Assembly: GCA_964019425.1 (NCBI GenBank)
Contig: OZ025801.1
Span: forward strand, 1 to 64,000
DNA length: 64,000 nt
Source of the DNA: Flectonema sp. DT1601
Lineage: Eukaryota
Reading direction: 5' to 3'
Part shown: in pieces, positions 1-10,946 of the stretch
Layout: each line of letters starts with the position of its first letter
How positions within the stretch are numbered: position 1 is the first letter of the stretch
The notes under the pieces: generated by a model
The model's database searches: none
The model's input: the letters and a program-made list of their open reading frames with translations, nothing else
Told to the model about the DNA's origin: nothing
Translations under genes and position numbers: made by a program

Positions 1-3000
1 GTTTGCGGGTTTGCGGGTTTGCGGGTTTGCGGGTTTGCGGGTTTGCGGGTTTGCGGGTTTGCGGGTTTGCGGGTTTGCGGGTTTGCGGGTTTGCGGGTTT
101 GCGGGTTTGCGGGTTTGCGGGTTTGCGGGTTTGCGGGTTTGCGGGTTTGCGGGTTTGCGGGTTTGCGGCGGTTTGCGGGTTTGCGGGTTTGCGGGTTTGC
201 GGGTTTGCGGGTTTGCGGGTTTGCGGGTTTGCGGGTTTGCGGGTTTGCGGGTTTGCGGGTTTGCGGGTTTGCGGGTTTGCGGGTTTGCGGGTTTGCGGGT
301 TTGCGGGTTTGCGGGTTTGCGGGTTTGCGGGTTTGCGGGTTTGCGGGTTTGCGGGTTTGCGGGTTTGCGGGTTTGCGGGTTTGCGGGTTTGCGGGTTTGC
401 GGGTTTGCGGGTTTGCGGGTTTGCGGGTTTGCGGGTTTGCGGGTTTGCGGGTTTGCGGGTTTGCGGGTTTGCGGGTTTGCGGGTTTGCGGGTTTGCGGGT
501 TTGCGGGTTTGCGGGTTTGCGGGTTTGCGGGTTTGCGGGTTTGCGGGTTTGCGGGTTTGCGGGTTTGCGGGTTTGCGGGTTTGCGGGTTTGCGGGTTTGC
601 GGGTTTGCGGGTTTGCGGGTTTGCGGGTTTGCGGGTTTGCGGGTTTGCGGGTTTGCGGGTTTGCGGGTTTGCGGGTTTGCGGGTTTGCGGGTTTGCGGGT
701 TTGCGGGTTTGCGGGTTTGCGGGTTTGCGGGTTTGCGGGTTTGCGGGTTTGCGGGTTTGCGGGTTTGCGGGTTTGCGGGTTTGCGGGTTTGCGGGTTTGC
801 GGGTTTGCGGGTTTGCGGGTTTGCGGGTTTGCGGGTTTGCGGGTTTGCGGGTTTGCGGGTTTGCGGGTTTGCGGGTTTGCGGGTTTGCGGGTTTGCGGGT
901 TTGCGGGTTTGCGGGTTTGCGGGTTTGCGGGTTTGCGGGTTTGCGGGTTTGCGGGTTTGCGGGTTTGCGGGTTTGCGGGTTTGCGGGTTTGCGGGTTTGC
1001 GGGTTTGCGGGTTTGCGGGTTTGCGGGTTTGCGGGTTTGCGGGTTTGCGGGTTTGCGGGTTTGCGGGTTTGCGGGTTTGCGGGTTTGCGGGTTTGCGGGT
1101 TTGCGGGTTTGCGGGTTTGCGGGTTTGCGGGTTTGCGGGTTTGCGGGTTTGCGGGTTTGCGGGTTTGCGGGTTTGCGGGTTTGCGGGTTTGCGGGTTTGC
1201 GGGTTTGCGGGTTTGCGGGTTTGCGGGTTTGCGGGTTTGCGGGTTTGCGGGTTTGCGGGTTTGCGGGTTTGCGGGTTTGCGGGTTTGCGGGTTTGCGGGT
1301 TTGCGGGTTTGCGGGTTTGCGGGTTTGCGGGTTTGCGGGTTTGCGGGTTTGCGGGTTTGCGGGTTTGCGGGTTTGCGGGTTTGCGGGTTTGCGGGTTTGC
1401 GGGTTTGCGGGTTTGCGGGTTTGCGGGTTTGCGGGTTTGCGGGTTTGCGGGTTTGCGGGTTTGCGGGTTTGCGGGTTTGCGGGTTTGCGGGTTTGCGGGT
1501 TTGCGGGTTTGCGGGTTTGCGGGTTTGCGGGTTTGCGGGTTTGCGGGTTTGCGGGTTTGCGGGTTTGCGGGTTTGCGGGTTTGCGGGTTTGCGGGTTTGC
1601 GGGTTTGCGGGTTTGCGGGTTTGCGGGTTTGCGGGTTTGCGGGTTTGCGGGTTTGCGGGTTTGCGGGTTTGCGGGTTTGCGGGTTTGCGGGTTTGCGGGT
1701 TTGCGGGTTTGCGGGTTTGCGGGTTTGCGGGTTTGCGGGTTTGCGGGTTTGCGGGTTTGCGGGTTTGCGGGTTTGCGGGTTTGCGGGTTTGCGGGTTTGC
1801 GGGTTTGCGGGTTTGCGGGTTTGCGGGTTTGCGGGTTTGCGGGTTTGCGGGTTTGCGGGTTTGCGGGTTTGCGGGTTTGCGGGTTTGCGGGTTTGCGGGT
1901 TTGCGGGTTTGCGGGTTTGCGGGTTTGCGGGTTTGCGGGTTTGCGGGTTTGCGGGTTTGCGGGTTTGCGGGTTTGCGGGTTTGCGGGTTTGCGGGTTTGC
2001 GGGTTTGCGGGTTTGCGGGTTTGCGGGTTTGCGGGTTTGCGGGTTTGCGGGTTTGCGGGTTTGCGGGTTTGCGGGTTTGCGGGTTTGCGGGTTTGCGGGT
2101 TTGCGGGTTTGCGGGTTTGCGGGTTTGCGGGTTTGCGGGTTTGCGGGTTTGCGGGTTTGCGGGTTTGCGGGTTTGCGGGTTTGCGGGTTTGCGGGTTTGC
2201 GGGTTTGCGGGTTTGCGGGTTTGCGGGTTTGCGGGTTTGCGGGTTTGCGGGTTTGCGGGTTTGCGGGTTTGCGGGTTTGCGGGTTTGCGGGTTTGCGGGT
2301 TTGCGGGTTTGCGGGTTTGCGGGTTTGCGGGTTTGCGGGTTTGCGGGTTTGCGGGTTTGCGGGTTTGCGGGTTTGCGGGTTTGCGGGTTTGCGGGTTTGC
2401 GGGTTTGCGGGTTTGCGGGTTTGCGGGTTTGCGGGTTTGCGGGTTTGCGGGTTTGCGGGTTTGCGGGTTTGCGGGTTTGCGGGTTTGCGGGTTTGCGGGT
2501 TTGCGGGTTTGCGGGTTTGCGGGTTTGCGGGTTTGCGGGTTTGCGGGTTTGCGGGTTTGCGGGTTTGCGGGTTTGCGGGTTTGCGGGTTTGCGGGTTTGC
2601 GGGTTTGCGGGTTTGCGGGTTTGCGGGTTTGCGGGTTTGCGGGTTTGCGGGTTTGCGGGTTTGCGGGTTTGCGGGTTTGCGGGTTTGCGGGTTTGCGGGT
2701 TTGCGGGTTTGCGGGTTTGCGGGTTTGCGGGTTTGCGGGTTTGCGGGTTTGCGGGTTTGCGGGTTTGCGGGTTTGCGGGTTTGCGGGTTTGCGGGTTTGC
2801 GGGTTTGCGGGTTTGCGGGTTTGCGGGTTTGCGGGTTTGCGGGTTTGCGGGTTTGCGGGTTTGCGGGTTTGCGGGTTTGCGGGTTTGCGGGTTTGCGGGT
2901 TTGCGGGTTTGCGGGTTTGCGGGTTTGCGGGTTTGCGGGTTTGCGGGTTTGCGGGTTTGCGGGTTTGCGGGTTTGCGGGTTTGCGGGTTTGCGGGTTTGC

Positions 3001-6000
3001 GGGTTTGCGGGTTTGCGGGTTTGCGGGTTTGCGGGTTTGCGGGTTTGCGGGTTTGCGGGTTTGCGGGTTTGCGGGTTTGCGGGTTTGCGGGTTTGCGGGT
3101 TTGCGGGTTTGCGGGTTTGCGGGTTTGCGGGTTTGCGGGTTTGCGGGTTTGCGGGTTTGCGGGTTTGCGGGTTTGCGGGTTTGCGGGTTTGCGGGTTTGC
3201 GGGTTTGCGGGTTTGCGGGTTTGCGGGTTTGCGGGTTTGCGGGTTTGCGGGTTTGCGGGTTTGCGGGTTTGCGGGTTTGCGGGTTTGCGGGTTTGCGGGT
3301 TTGCGGGTTTGCGGGTTTGCGGGTTTGCGGGTTTGCGGGTTTGCGGGTTTGCGGGTTTGCGGGTTTGCGGGTTTGCGGGTTTGCGGGTTTGCGGGTTTGC
3401 GGGTTTGCGGGTTTGCGGGTTTGCGGGTTTGCGGGTTTGCGGGTTTGCGGGTTTGCGGGTTTGCGGGTTTGCGGGTTTGCGGGTTTGCGGGTTTGCGGGT
3501 TTGCGGGTTTGCGGGTTTGCGGGTTTGCGGGTTTGCGGGTTTGCGGGTTTGCGGGTTTGCGGGTTTGCGGGTTTGCGGGTTTGCGGGTTTGCGGGTTTGC
3601 GGGTTTGCGGGTTTGCGGGTTTGCGGGTTTGCGGGTTTGCGGGTTTGCGGGTTTGCGGGTTTGCGGGTTTGCGGGTTTGCGGGTTTGCGGGTTTGCGGGT
3701 TTGCGGGTTTGCGGGTTTGCGGGTTTGCGGGTTTGCGGGTTTGCGGGTTTGCGGGTTTGCGGGTTTGCGGGTTTGCGGGTTTGCGGGTTTGCGGGTTTGC
3801 GGGTTTGCGGGTTTGCGGGTTTGCGGGTTTGCGGGTTTGCGGGTTTGCGGGTTTGCGGGTTTGCGGGTTTGCGGGTTTGCGGGTTTGCGGGTTTGCGGGT
3901 TTGCGGGTTTGCGGGTTTGCGGGTTTGCGGGTTTGCGGGTTTGCGGGTTTGCGGGTTTGCGGGTTTGCGGGTTTGCGGGTTTGCGGGTTTGCGGGTTTGC
4001 GGGTTTGCGGGTTTGCGGGTTTGCGGGTTTGCGGGTTTGCGGGTTTGCGGGTTTGCGGGTTTGCGGGTTTGCGGGTTTGCGGGTTTGCGGGTTTGCGGGT
4101 TTGCGGGTTTGCGGGTTTGCGGGTTTGCGGGTTTGCGGGTTTGCGGGTTTGCGGGTTTGCGGGTTTGCGGGTTTGCGGGTTTGCGGGTTTGCGGGTTTGC
4201 GGGTTTGCGGGTTTGCGGGTTTGCGGGTTTGCGGGTTTGCGGGTTTGCGGGTTTGCGGGTTTGCGGGTTTGCGGGTTTGCGGGTTTGCGGGTTTGCGGGT
4301 TTGCGGGTTTGCGGGTTTGCGGGTTTGCGGGTTTGCGGGTTTGCGGGTTTGCGGGTTTGCGGGTTTGCGGGTTTGCGGGTTTGCGGGTTTGCGGGTTTGC
4401 GGGTTTGCGGGTTTGCGGGTTTGCGGGTTTGCGGGTTTGCGGGTTTGCGGGTTTGCGGGTTTGCGGGTTTGCGGGTTTGCGGGTTTGCGGGTTTGCGGGT
4501 TTGCGGGTTTGCGGGTTTGCGGGTTTGCGGGTTTGCGGGTTTGCGGGTTTGCGGGTTTGCGGGTTTGCGGGTTTGCGGGTTTGCGGGTTTGCGGGTTTGC
4601 GGGTTTGCGGGTTTGCGGGTTTGCGGGTTTGCGGGTTTGCGGGTTTGCGGGTTTGCGGGTTTGCGGGTTTGCGGGTTTGCGGGTTTGCGGGTTTGCGGGT
4701 TTGCGGGTTTGCGGGTTTGCGGGTTTGCGGGTTTGCGGGTTTGCGGGTTTGCGGGTTTGCGGGTTTGCGGGTTTGCGGGTTTGCGGGTTTGCGGGTTTGC
4801 GGGTTTGCGGGTTTGCGGGTTTGCGGGTTTGCGGGTTTGCGGGTTTGCGGGTTTGCGGGTTTGCGGGTTTGCGGGTTTGCGGGTTTGCGGGTTTGCGGGT
4901 TTGCGGGTTTGCGGGTTTGCGGGTTTGCGGGTTTGCGGGTTTGCGGGTTTGCGGGTTTGCGGGTTTGCGGGTTTGCGGGTTTGCGGGTTTGCGGGTTTGC
5001 GGGTTTGCGGGTTTGCGGGTTTGCGGGTTTGCGGGTTTGCGGGTTTGCGGGTTTGCGGGTTTGCGGGTTTGCGGGTTTGCGGGTTTGCGGGTTTGCGGGT
5101 TTGCGGGTTTGCGGGTTTGCGGGTTTGCGGGTTTGCGGGTTTGCGGGTTTGCGGGTTTGCGGGTTTGCGGGTTTGCGGGTTTGCGGGTTTGCGGGTTTGC
5201 GGGTTTGCGGGTTTGCGGGTTTGCGGGTTTGCGGGTTTGCGGGTTTGCGGGTTTGCGGGTTTGCGGGTTTGCGGGTTTGCGGGTTTGCGGGTTTGCGGGT
5301 TTGCGGGTTTGCGGGTTTGCGGGTTTGCGGGTTTGCGGGTTTGCGGGTTTGCGGGTTTGCGGGTTTGCGGGTTTGCGGGTTTGCGGGTTTGCGGGTTTGC
5401 GGGTTTGCGGGTTTGCGGGTTTGCGGGTTTGCGGGTTTGCGGGTTTGCGGGTTTGCGGGTTTGCGGGTTTGCGGGTTTGCGGGTTTGCGGGTTTGCGGGT
5501 TTGCGGGTTTGCGGGTTTGCGGGTTTGCGGGTTTGCGGGTTTGCGGGTTTGCGGGTTTGCGGGTTTGCGGGTTTGCGGGTTTGCGGGTTTGCGGGTTTGC
5601 GGGTTTGCGGGTTTGCGGGTTTGCGGGTTTGCGGGTTTGCGGGTTTGCGGGTTTGCGGGTTTGCGGGTTTGCGGGTTTGCGGGTTTGCGGGTTTGCGGGT
5701 TTGCGGGTTTGCGGGTTTGCGGGTTTGCGGGTTTGCGGGTTTGCGGGTTTGCGGGTTTGCGGGTTTGCGGGTTTGCGGGTTTGCGGGTTTGCGGGTTTGC
5801 GGGTTTGCGGGTTTGCGGGTTTGCGGGTTTGCGGGTTTGCGGGTTTGCGGGTTTGCGGGTTTGCGGGTTTGCGGGTTTGCGGGTTTGCGGGTTTGCGGGT
5901 TTGCGGGTTTGCGGGTTTGCGGGTTTGCGGGTTTGCGGGTTTGCGGGTTTGCGGGTTTGCGGGTTTGCGGGTTTGCGGGTTTGCGGGTTTGCGGGTTTGC

Positions 6001-8883
6001 GGGTTTGCGGGTTTGCGGGTTTGCGGGTTTGCGGGTTTGCGGGTTTGCGGGTTTGCGGGTTTGCGGGTTTGCGGGTTTGCGGGTTTGCGGGTTTGCGGGT
6101 TTGCGGGTTTGCGGGTTTGCGGGTTTGCGGGTTTGCGGGTTTGCGGGTTTGCGGGTTTGCGGGTTTGCGGGTTTGCGGGTTTGCGGGTTTGCGGGTTTGC
6201 GGGTTTGCGGGTTTGCGGGTTTGCGGGTTTGCGGGTTTGCGGGTTTGCGGGTTTGCGGGTTTGCGGGTTTGCGGGTTTGCGGGTTTGCGGGTTTGCGGGT
6301 TTGCGGGTTTGCGGGTTTGCGGGTTTGCGGGTTTGCGGGTTTGCGGGTTTGCGGGTTTGCGGGTTTGCGGGTTTGCGGGTTTGCGGGTTTGCGGGTTTGC
6401 GGGTTTGCGGGTTTGCGGGTTTGCGGGTTTGCGGGTTTGCGGGTTTGCGGGTTTGCGGGTTTGCGGGTTTGCGGGTTTGCGGGTTTGCGGGTTTGCGGGT
6501 TTGCGGGTTTGCGGGTTTGCGGGTTTGCGGGTTTGCGGGTTTGCGGGTTTGCGGGTTTGCGGGTTTGCGGGTTTGCGGGTTTGCGGGTTTGCGGGTTTGC
6601 GGGTTTGCGGGTTTGCGGGTTTGCGGGTTTGCGGGTTTGCGGGTTTGCGGGTTTGCGGGTTTGCGGGTTTGCGGGTTTGCGGGTTTGCGGGTTTGCGGGT
6701 TTGCGGGTTTGCGGGTTTGCGGGTTTGCGGGTTTGCGGGTTTGCGGGTTTGCGGGTTTGCGGGTTTGCGGGTTTGCGGGTTTGCGGGTTTGCGGGTTTGC
6801 GGGTTTGCGGGTTTGCGGGTTTGCGGGTTTGCGGGTTTGCGGGTTTGCGGGTTTGCGGGTTTGCGGGTTTGCGGGTTTGCGGGTTTGCGGGTTTGCGGGT
6901 TTGCGGGTTTGCGGGTTTGCGGGTTTGCGGGTTTGCGGGTTTGCGGGTTTGCGGGTTTGCGGGTTTGCGGGTTTGCGGGTTTGCGGGTTTGCGGGTTTGC
7001 GGGTTTGCGGGTTTGCGGGTTTGCGGGTTTGCGGGTTTGCGGGTTTGCGGGTTTGCGGGTTTGCGGGTTTGCGGGTTTGCGGGTTTGCGGGTTTGCGGGT
7101 TTGCGGGTTTGCGGGTTTGCGGGTTTGCGGGTTTGCGGGTTTGCGGGTTTGCGGGTTTGCGGGTTTGCGGGTTTGCGGGTTTGCGGGTTTGCGGGTTTGC
7201 GGGTTTGCGGGTTTGCGGGTTTGCGGGTTTGCGGGTTTGCGGGTTTGCGGGTTTGCGGGTTTGCGGGTTTGCGGGTTTGCGGGTTTGCGGGTTTGCGGGT
7301 TTGCGGGTTTGCGGGTTTGCGGGTTTGCGGGTTTGCGGGTTTGCGGGTTTGCGGGTTTGCGGGTTTGCGGGTTTGCGGGTTTGCGGGTTTGCGGGTTTGC
7401 GGGTTTGCGGGTTTGCGGGTTTGCGGGTTTGCGGGTTTGCGGGTTTGCGGGTTTGCGGGTTTGCGGGTTTGCGGGTTTGCGGGTTTGCGGGTTTGCGGGT
7501 TTGCGGGTTTGCGGGTTTGCGGGTTTGCGGGTTTGCGGGTTTGCGGGTTTGCGGGTTTGCGGGTTTGCGGGTTTGCGGGTTTGCGGGTTTGCGGGTTTGC
7601 GGGTTTGCGGGTTTGCGGGTTTGCGGGTTTGCGGGTTTGCGGGTTTGCGGGTTTGCGGGTTTGCGGGTTTGCGGGTTTGCGGGTTTGCGGGTTTGCGGGT
7701 TTGCGGGTTTGCGGGTTTGCGGGTTTGCGGGTTTGCGGGTTTGCGGGTTTGCGGGTTTGCGGGTTTGCGGGTTTGCGGGTTTGCGGGTTTGCGGGTTTGC
7801 GGGTTTGCGGGTTTGCGGGTTTGCGGGTTTGCGGGTTTGCGGGTTTGCGGGTTTGCGGGTTTGCGGGTTTGCGGGTTTGCGGGTTTGCGGGTTTGCGGGT
7901 TTGCGGGTTTGCGGGTTTGCGGGTTTGCGGGTTTGCGGGTTTGCGGGTTTGCGGGTTTGCGGGTTTGCGGGTTTGCGGGTTTGCGGGTTTGCGGGTTTGC
8001 GGGTTTGCGGGTTTGCGGGTTTGCGGGTTTGCGGGTTTGCGGGTTTGCGGGTTTGCGGGTTTGCGGGTTTGCGGGTTTGCGGGTTTGCGGGTTTGCGGGT
8101 TTGCGGGTTTGCGGGTTTGCGGGTTTGCGGGTTTGCGGGTTTGCGGGTTTGCGGGTTTGCGGGTTTGCGGGTTTGCGGGTTTGCGGGTTTGCGGGTTTGC
8201 GGGTTTGCGGGTTTGCGGGTTTGCGGGTTTGCGGGTTTGCGGGTTTGCGGGTTTGCGGGTTTGCGGGTTTGCGGGTTTGCGGGTTTGCGGGTTTGCGGGT
8301 TTGCGGGTTTGCGGGTTTGCGGGTTTGCGGGTTTGCGGGTTTGCGGGTTTGCGGGTTTGCGGGTTTGCGGGTTTGCGGGTTTGCGGGTTTGCGGGTTTGC
8401 GGGTTTGCGGGTTTGCGGGTTTGCGGGTTTGCGGGTTTGCGGGTTTGCGGGTTTGCGGGTTTGCGGGTTTGCGGGTTTGCGGGTTTGCGGGTTTGCGGGT
8501 TTGCGGGTTTGCGGGTTTGCGGGTTTGCGGGTTTGCGGGTTTGCGGGTTTGCGGGTTTGCGGGTTTGCGGGTTTGCGGGTTTGCGGGTTTGCGGGTTTGC
8601 GGGTTTGCGGGTTTGCGGGTTTGCGGGTTTGCGGGTTTGCGGGTTTGCGGGTTTGCGGGTTTGCGGGTTTGCGGGTTTGCGGGTTTGCGGGTTTGCGGGT
8701 TTGCGGGTTTGCGGGTTTGCGGGTTTGCGGGTTTGCGGGTTTGCGGGTTTGCGGGTTTGCGGGTTTGCGGGTTTGCGGGTTTGCGGGTTTGCGGGTTTGC
8801 GGGTTTGCGGGTTTGCGGGTTTGCGGGTTTGCGGGTTTGCGGGTTTGCGGGTTTGCGGGTTTGCGGGTTTGCGGGTTTGCGGG
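1..8883. repeat. Satellite array of the 8-mer TTGCGGGT (GGGTTTGC), open at the window start
   Basis: Uninterrupted 8-bp period with one visible slip near 166-170 (gcggcggg). It ends abruptly at ...ttgcggg|aagtaat. Confidence 0.99.
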
Positions 8884-10295
8884 AAGTAATAAAGAAAAAA
8901 CCAAATAGGGAGTTGGAAGACAAGGCAATTCTAGTTCTCTCAGACTCACAGAGTGCCTTATCTGAACTAAAAAGAGGTCATTGCTACCAACGGACTGAGC
9001 TAGGTCTTAAATGCTGGATTATCCTGGGAATACTGTGTGAACAGGGTTTGAAAGTTAATATATCTCATATTTTCTCACATTGTGGAATCGAAGGGAATGA
9101 AAGGGCAGATGCTCTTGCTGCTGAAGCAGTACATATGGAACAAGACAAAGTCAAAGTTGATTACAAAACTGTAACGACGAAAATGAAATTCTTACATACA
9201 AAAGTTAAAATAGGAAAGAAAGAATCATTTCCTCCGAAATTCAATAGGGAAATGGAAATATTGATCTCTCAAATAAGGATGGGAAAGGCATGCTTTACCA
9301 CAAAGCAAACTGATAATAGATATAGAAATGGATTGTGTCAATGCTGTGAAGTCGAAGACACAGTACAACACTTTGTATGTGAATGCCCTGCATTCTATAA
9401 GGAAAGAAAAACAAACTTCGAATCTCTTATACTATCGGAACAAGAGTTAGAAGGACACGTGAATGAATTCGATGGTATGAAAATACTGTTGAAATATATA
9501 TGTGAAGTGGGAAAAGGGCTTATCCAAAGGGTGAGGCTCATAAGAGAATAAAGAAACGATGCTTTTGCCCCACTCTTTTGTGAAGGTAGATGCCTTGTGG
9601 TGCCGAAGGAAAGCAGACAGGGGAACAGATGATGAAGAGGATTCTGATGTATGAAGAAGGTGATTCTGATGTCATTTAAAAGATGAAGATTATGTAGTTA
9701 CGAAAATGATGAGGATACTGCAGTAAGTTAAATGAACAGAAGAGATCATCCTACTCCTTGAGAACAAGAAGGGTTCATTGAGAAGCCTGTCATTTTGCTG
9801 TTTAATTATGCTGATAATAACAATTATGCTGATAACATTTATTACGTAACTCTTGCTTAACATTAGACAAATCTAACTAAGTCTTTTGTTCATCTTGCTC
9901 TTCTTAATTTCCATTATGCGAAAAACTTCTTAAGCAAGCGGGAAAGCTGATTGCTGGAAGGAGGGCTGACAGTTTTAAGATGTGGAGAACACTTATTTAG
10001 ATGAAGACGTAAATTAGATGTACTCACATGAGGATTATAAACATGTCAACAACTCAAAGAATAAGGGTTAATCGAGTAACCCGTCAAACCATGCTGTTGT
10101 AACTATTATGCTGATTAATTTTATTTTTACGTAACTCTTGCTGCACATTAGACTAAACTAGCTCAGTCTTCTGTTTCTCTATTGTATTCCTTTCTATTTA
10201 TGAACGAACCTTTTGGGGTCAACTTACCCCGCTCATAAACAGGATATCAAGTGAACAGAGAATTAACCTTCTCTGTATCACAACATATCCAGTAT

Positions 10296-10337
<42 letters not shown>
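8884..10337 (+). mobile_element. 3' fragment of an ingi/I-like LINE: RNase H C-terminal half, CCHC knuckle, 3' UTR, 41-nt poly(A)
   Basis: Translation shows SDSQSAL and HCGIEGNERADALA (RNase H) and CQCCEVEDTVQHFVCEC (CCHC), with a stop at 9551 and poly(A) at 10297-10337. The sequence matches 24465-25918. Confidence 0.9.
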
Positions 10338-10341
<4 letters not shown>

Positions 10342-10608
10342 ATTGCAGATTTTTTTATTTCTTAGGGGTTTGACCCACCATGAAAAAATTCGCAGAAAAG
10401 ATTTATTAGCAGAGTATTGCTGGGGCTCGGTCTTAGCTTTAACATTAACACAGGAGCGGCGAAAATTACGTCTTTCGGGGGGAAAAGCCAAAAGAAAAAT
10501 ATATTAAATAATATAAATTAAATTTTCTACATAAAAATAGGATAAGCACGGTAAGTCTCGGTTCATTTTCTCTGCTTGGCAAACAGAGGTGAACGGGCAA
10601 TAAAAAAA

Positions 10609-10719
10609 CCCCAAAAGAAGAGAATTCTTCCTAAGAGGTTGGCTAAATATTCTAAGCAAGCTTAGATATTGAGACTGTACCAATAAAGTACAGAAACTGT
10701 AGCTTTAGAATCGTTGGTT
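10609..10719 (-). ncRNA. Spliced leader (mini-exon donor) RNA gene, representative type A copy; one per unit
   Basis: Minus strand reads the 39-nt exon AACCAACGATTCTAAAGCTACAGTTTCTGTACTTTATTG, then a GT donor, two stem-loops and a T7 tract. The CAGTTTCTGTACTTTATTG end is the kinetoplastid/diplonemid SL core, and the AACCAACGATT start is diplonemid-like. The 3' end is inferred from the T tract. Confidence 0.95.
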
Positions 10720-10826
10720 AACCTTAAAAAGCAGTTACCCCAGGTAATTAGAAATTGTGTGGCTTTTAGAACTACCAGCCAGAACTAGCAGAAATGCTTG
10801 CTTGCGGGTAGGGAAGTAAGGGAAAA

Positions 10827-10946
10827 AGCCTGCAAGCACCCGGGGTTCCCACGTGATCACTCACCGCAGTACTAACCAGGCCTGCTGGTGCTTAACTTCC
10901 CAAATCGGGCGGGATGGGGTGCATTCACCAGAGTATGGCCGCAGGC
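10827..10946 (-). rRNA. 5S rRNA gene, representative type A copy; about 40 copies in the window (14 type A, 26 type B)
   Basis: 120 nt: GCCTGCGGCCATAC...GAAGTTAAGC...GTTAGTACT...GGGAACCCCGGGTGCTTGCAGGCT. The ends are complementary (GCCTGC/GCAGGC) and followed by an oligo-T Pol III terminator. Confidence 0.97.

Noticed and set aside
1..8883. Terminal telomere
   Set aside because: A left chromosome end should show the C-rich strand on +, but here the G-rich strand points inward. The motif is also not the TTAGGG typical of euglenozoans.
3..9551. ~3000-aa (GLRVCGFA)n ORFs in all three forward frames
   Set aside because: Artefact of a stop-free 8-bp repeat. Only the last ~220 aa of one frame are real (LINE RNase H).
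9800..10180. Diverged ~80-90 bp direct repeat in the LINE 3' UTR as a possible LTR
   Set aside because: Internal UTR duplication in a poly(A)-tailed element, with no LTR hallmarks.
10545..10560. U1 snRNA-like ACTTACC (minus) or GTAAGT donor (plus) in the spacer
   Set aside because: Only a 7-nt match. No U1 stem-loops follow, and the adjacent sequence is AT-rich and diverged between types.
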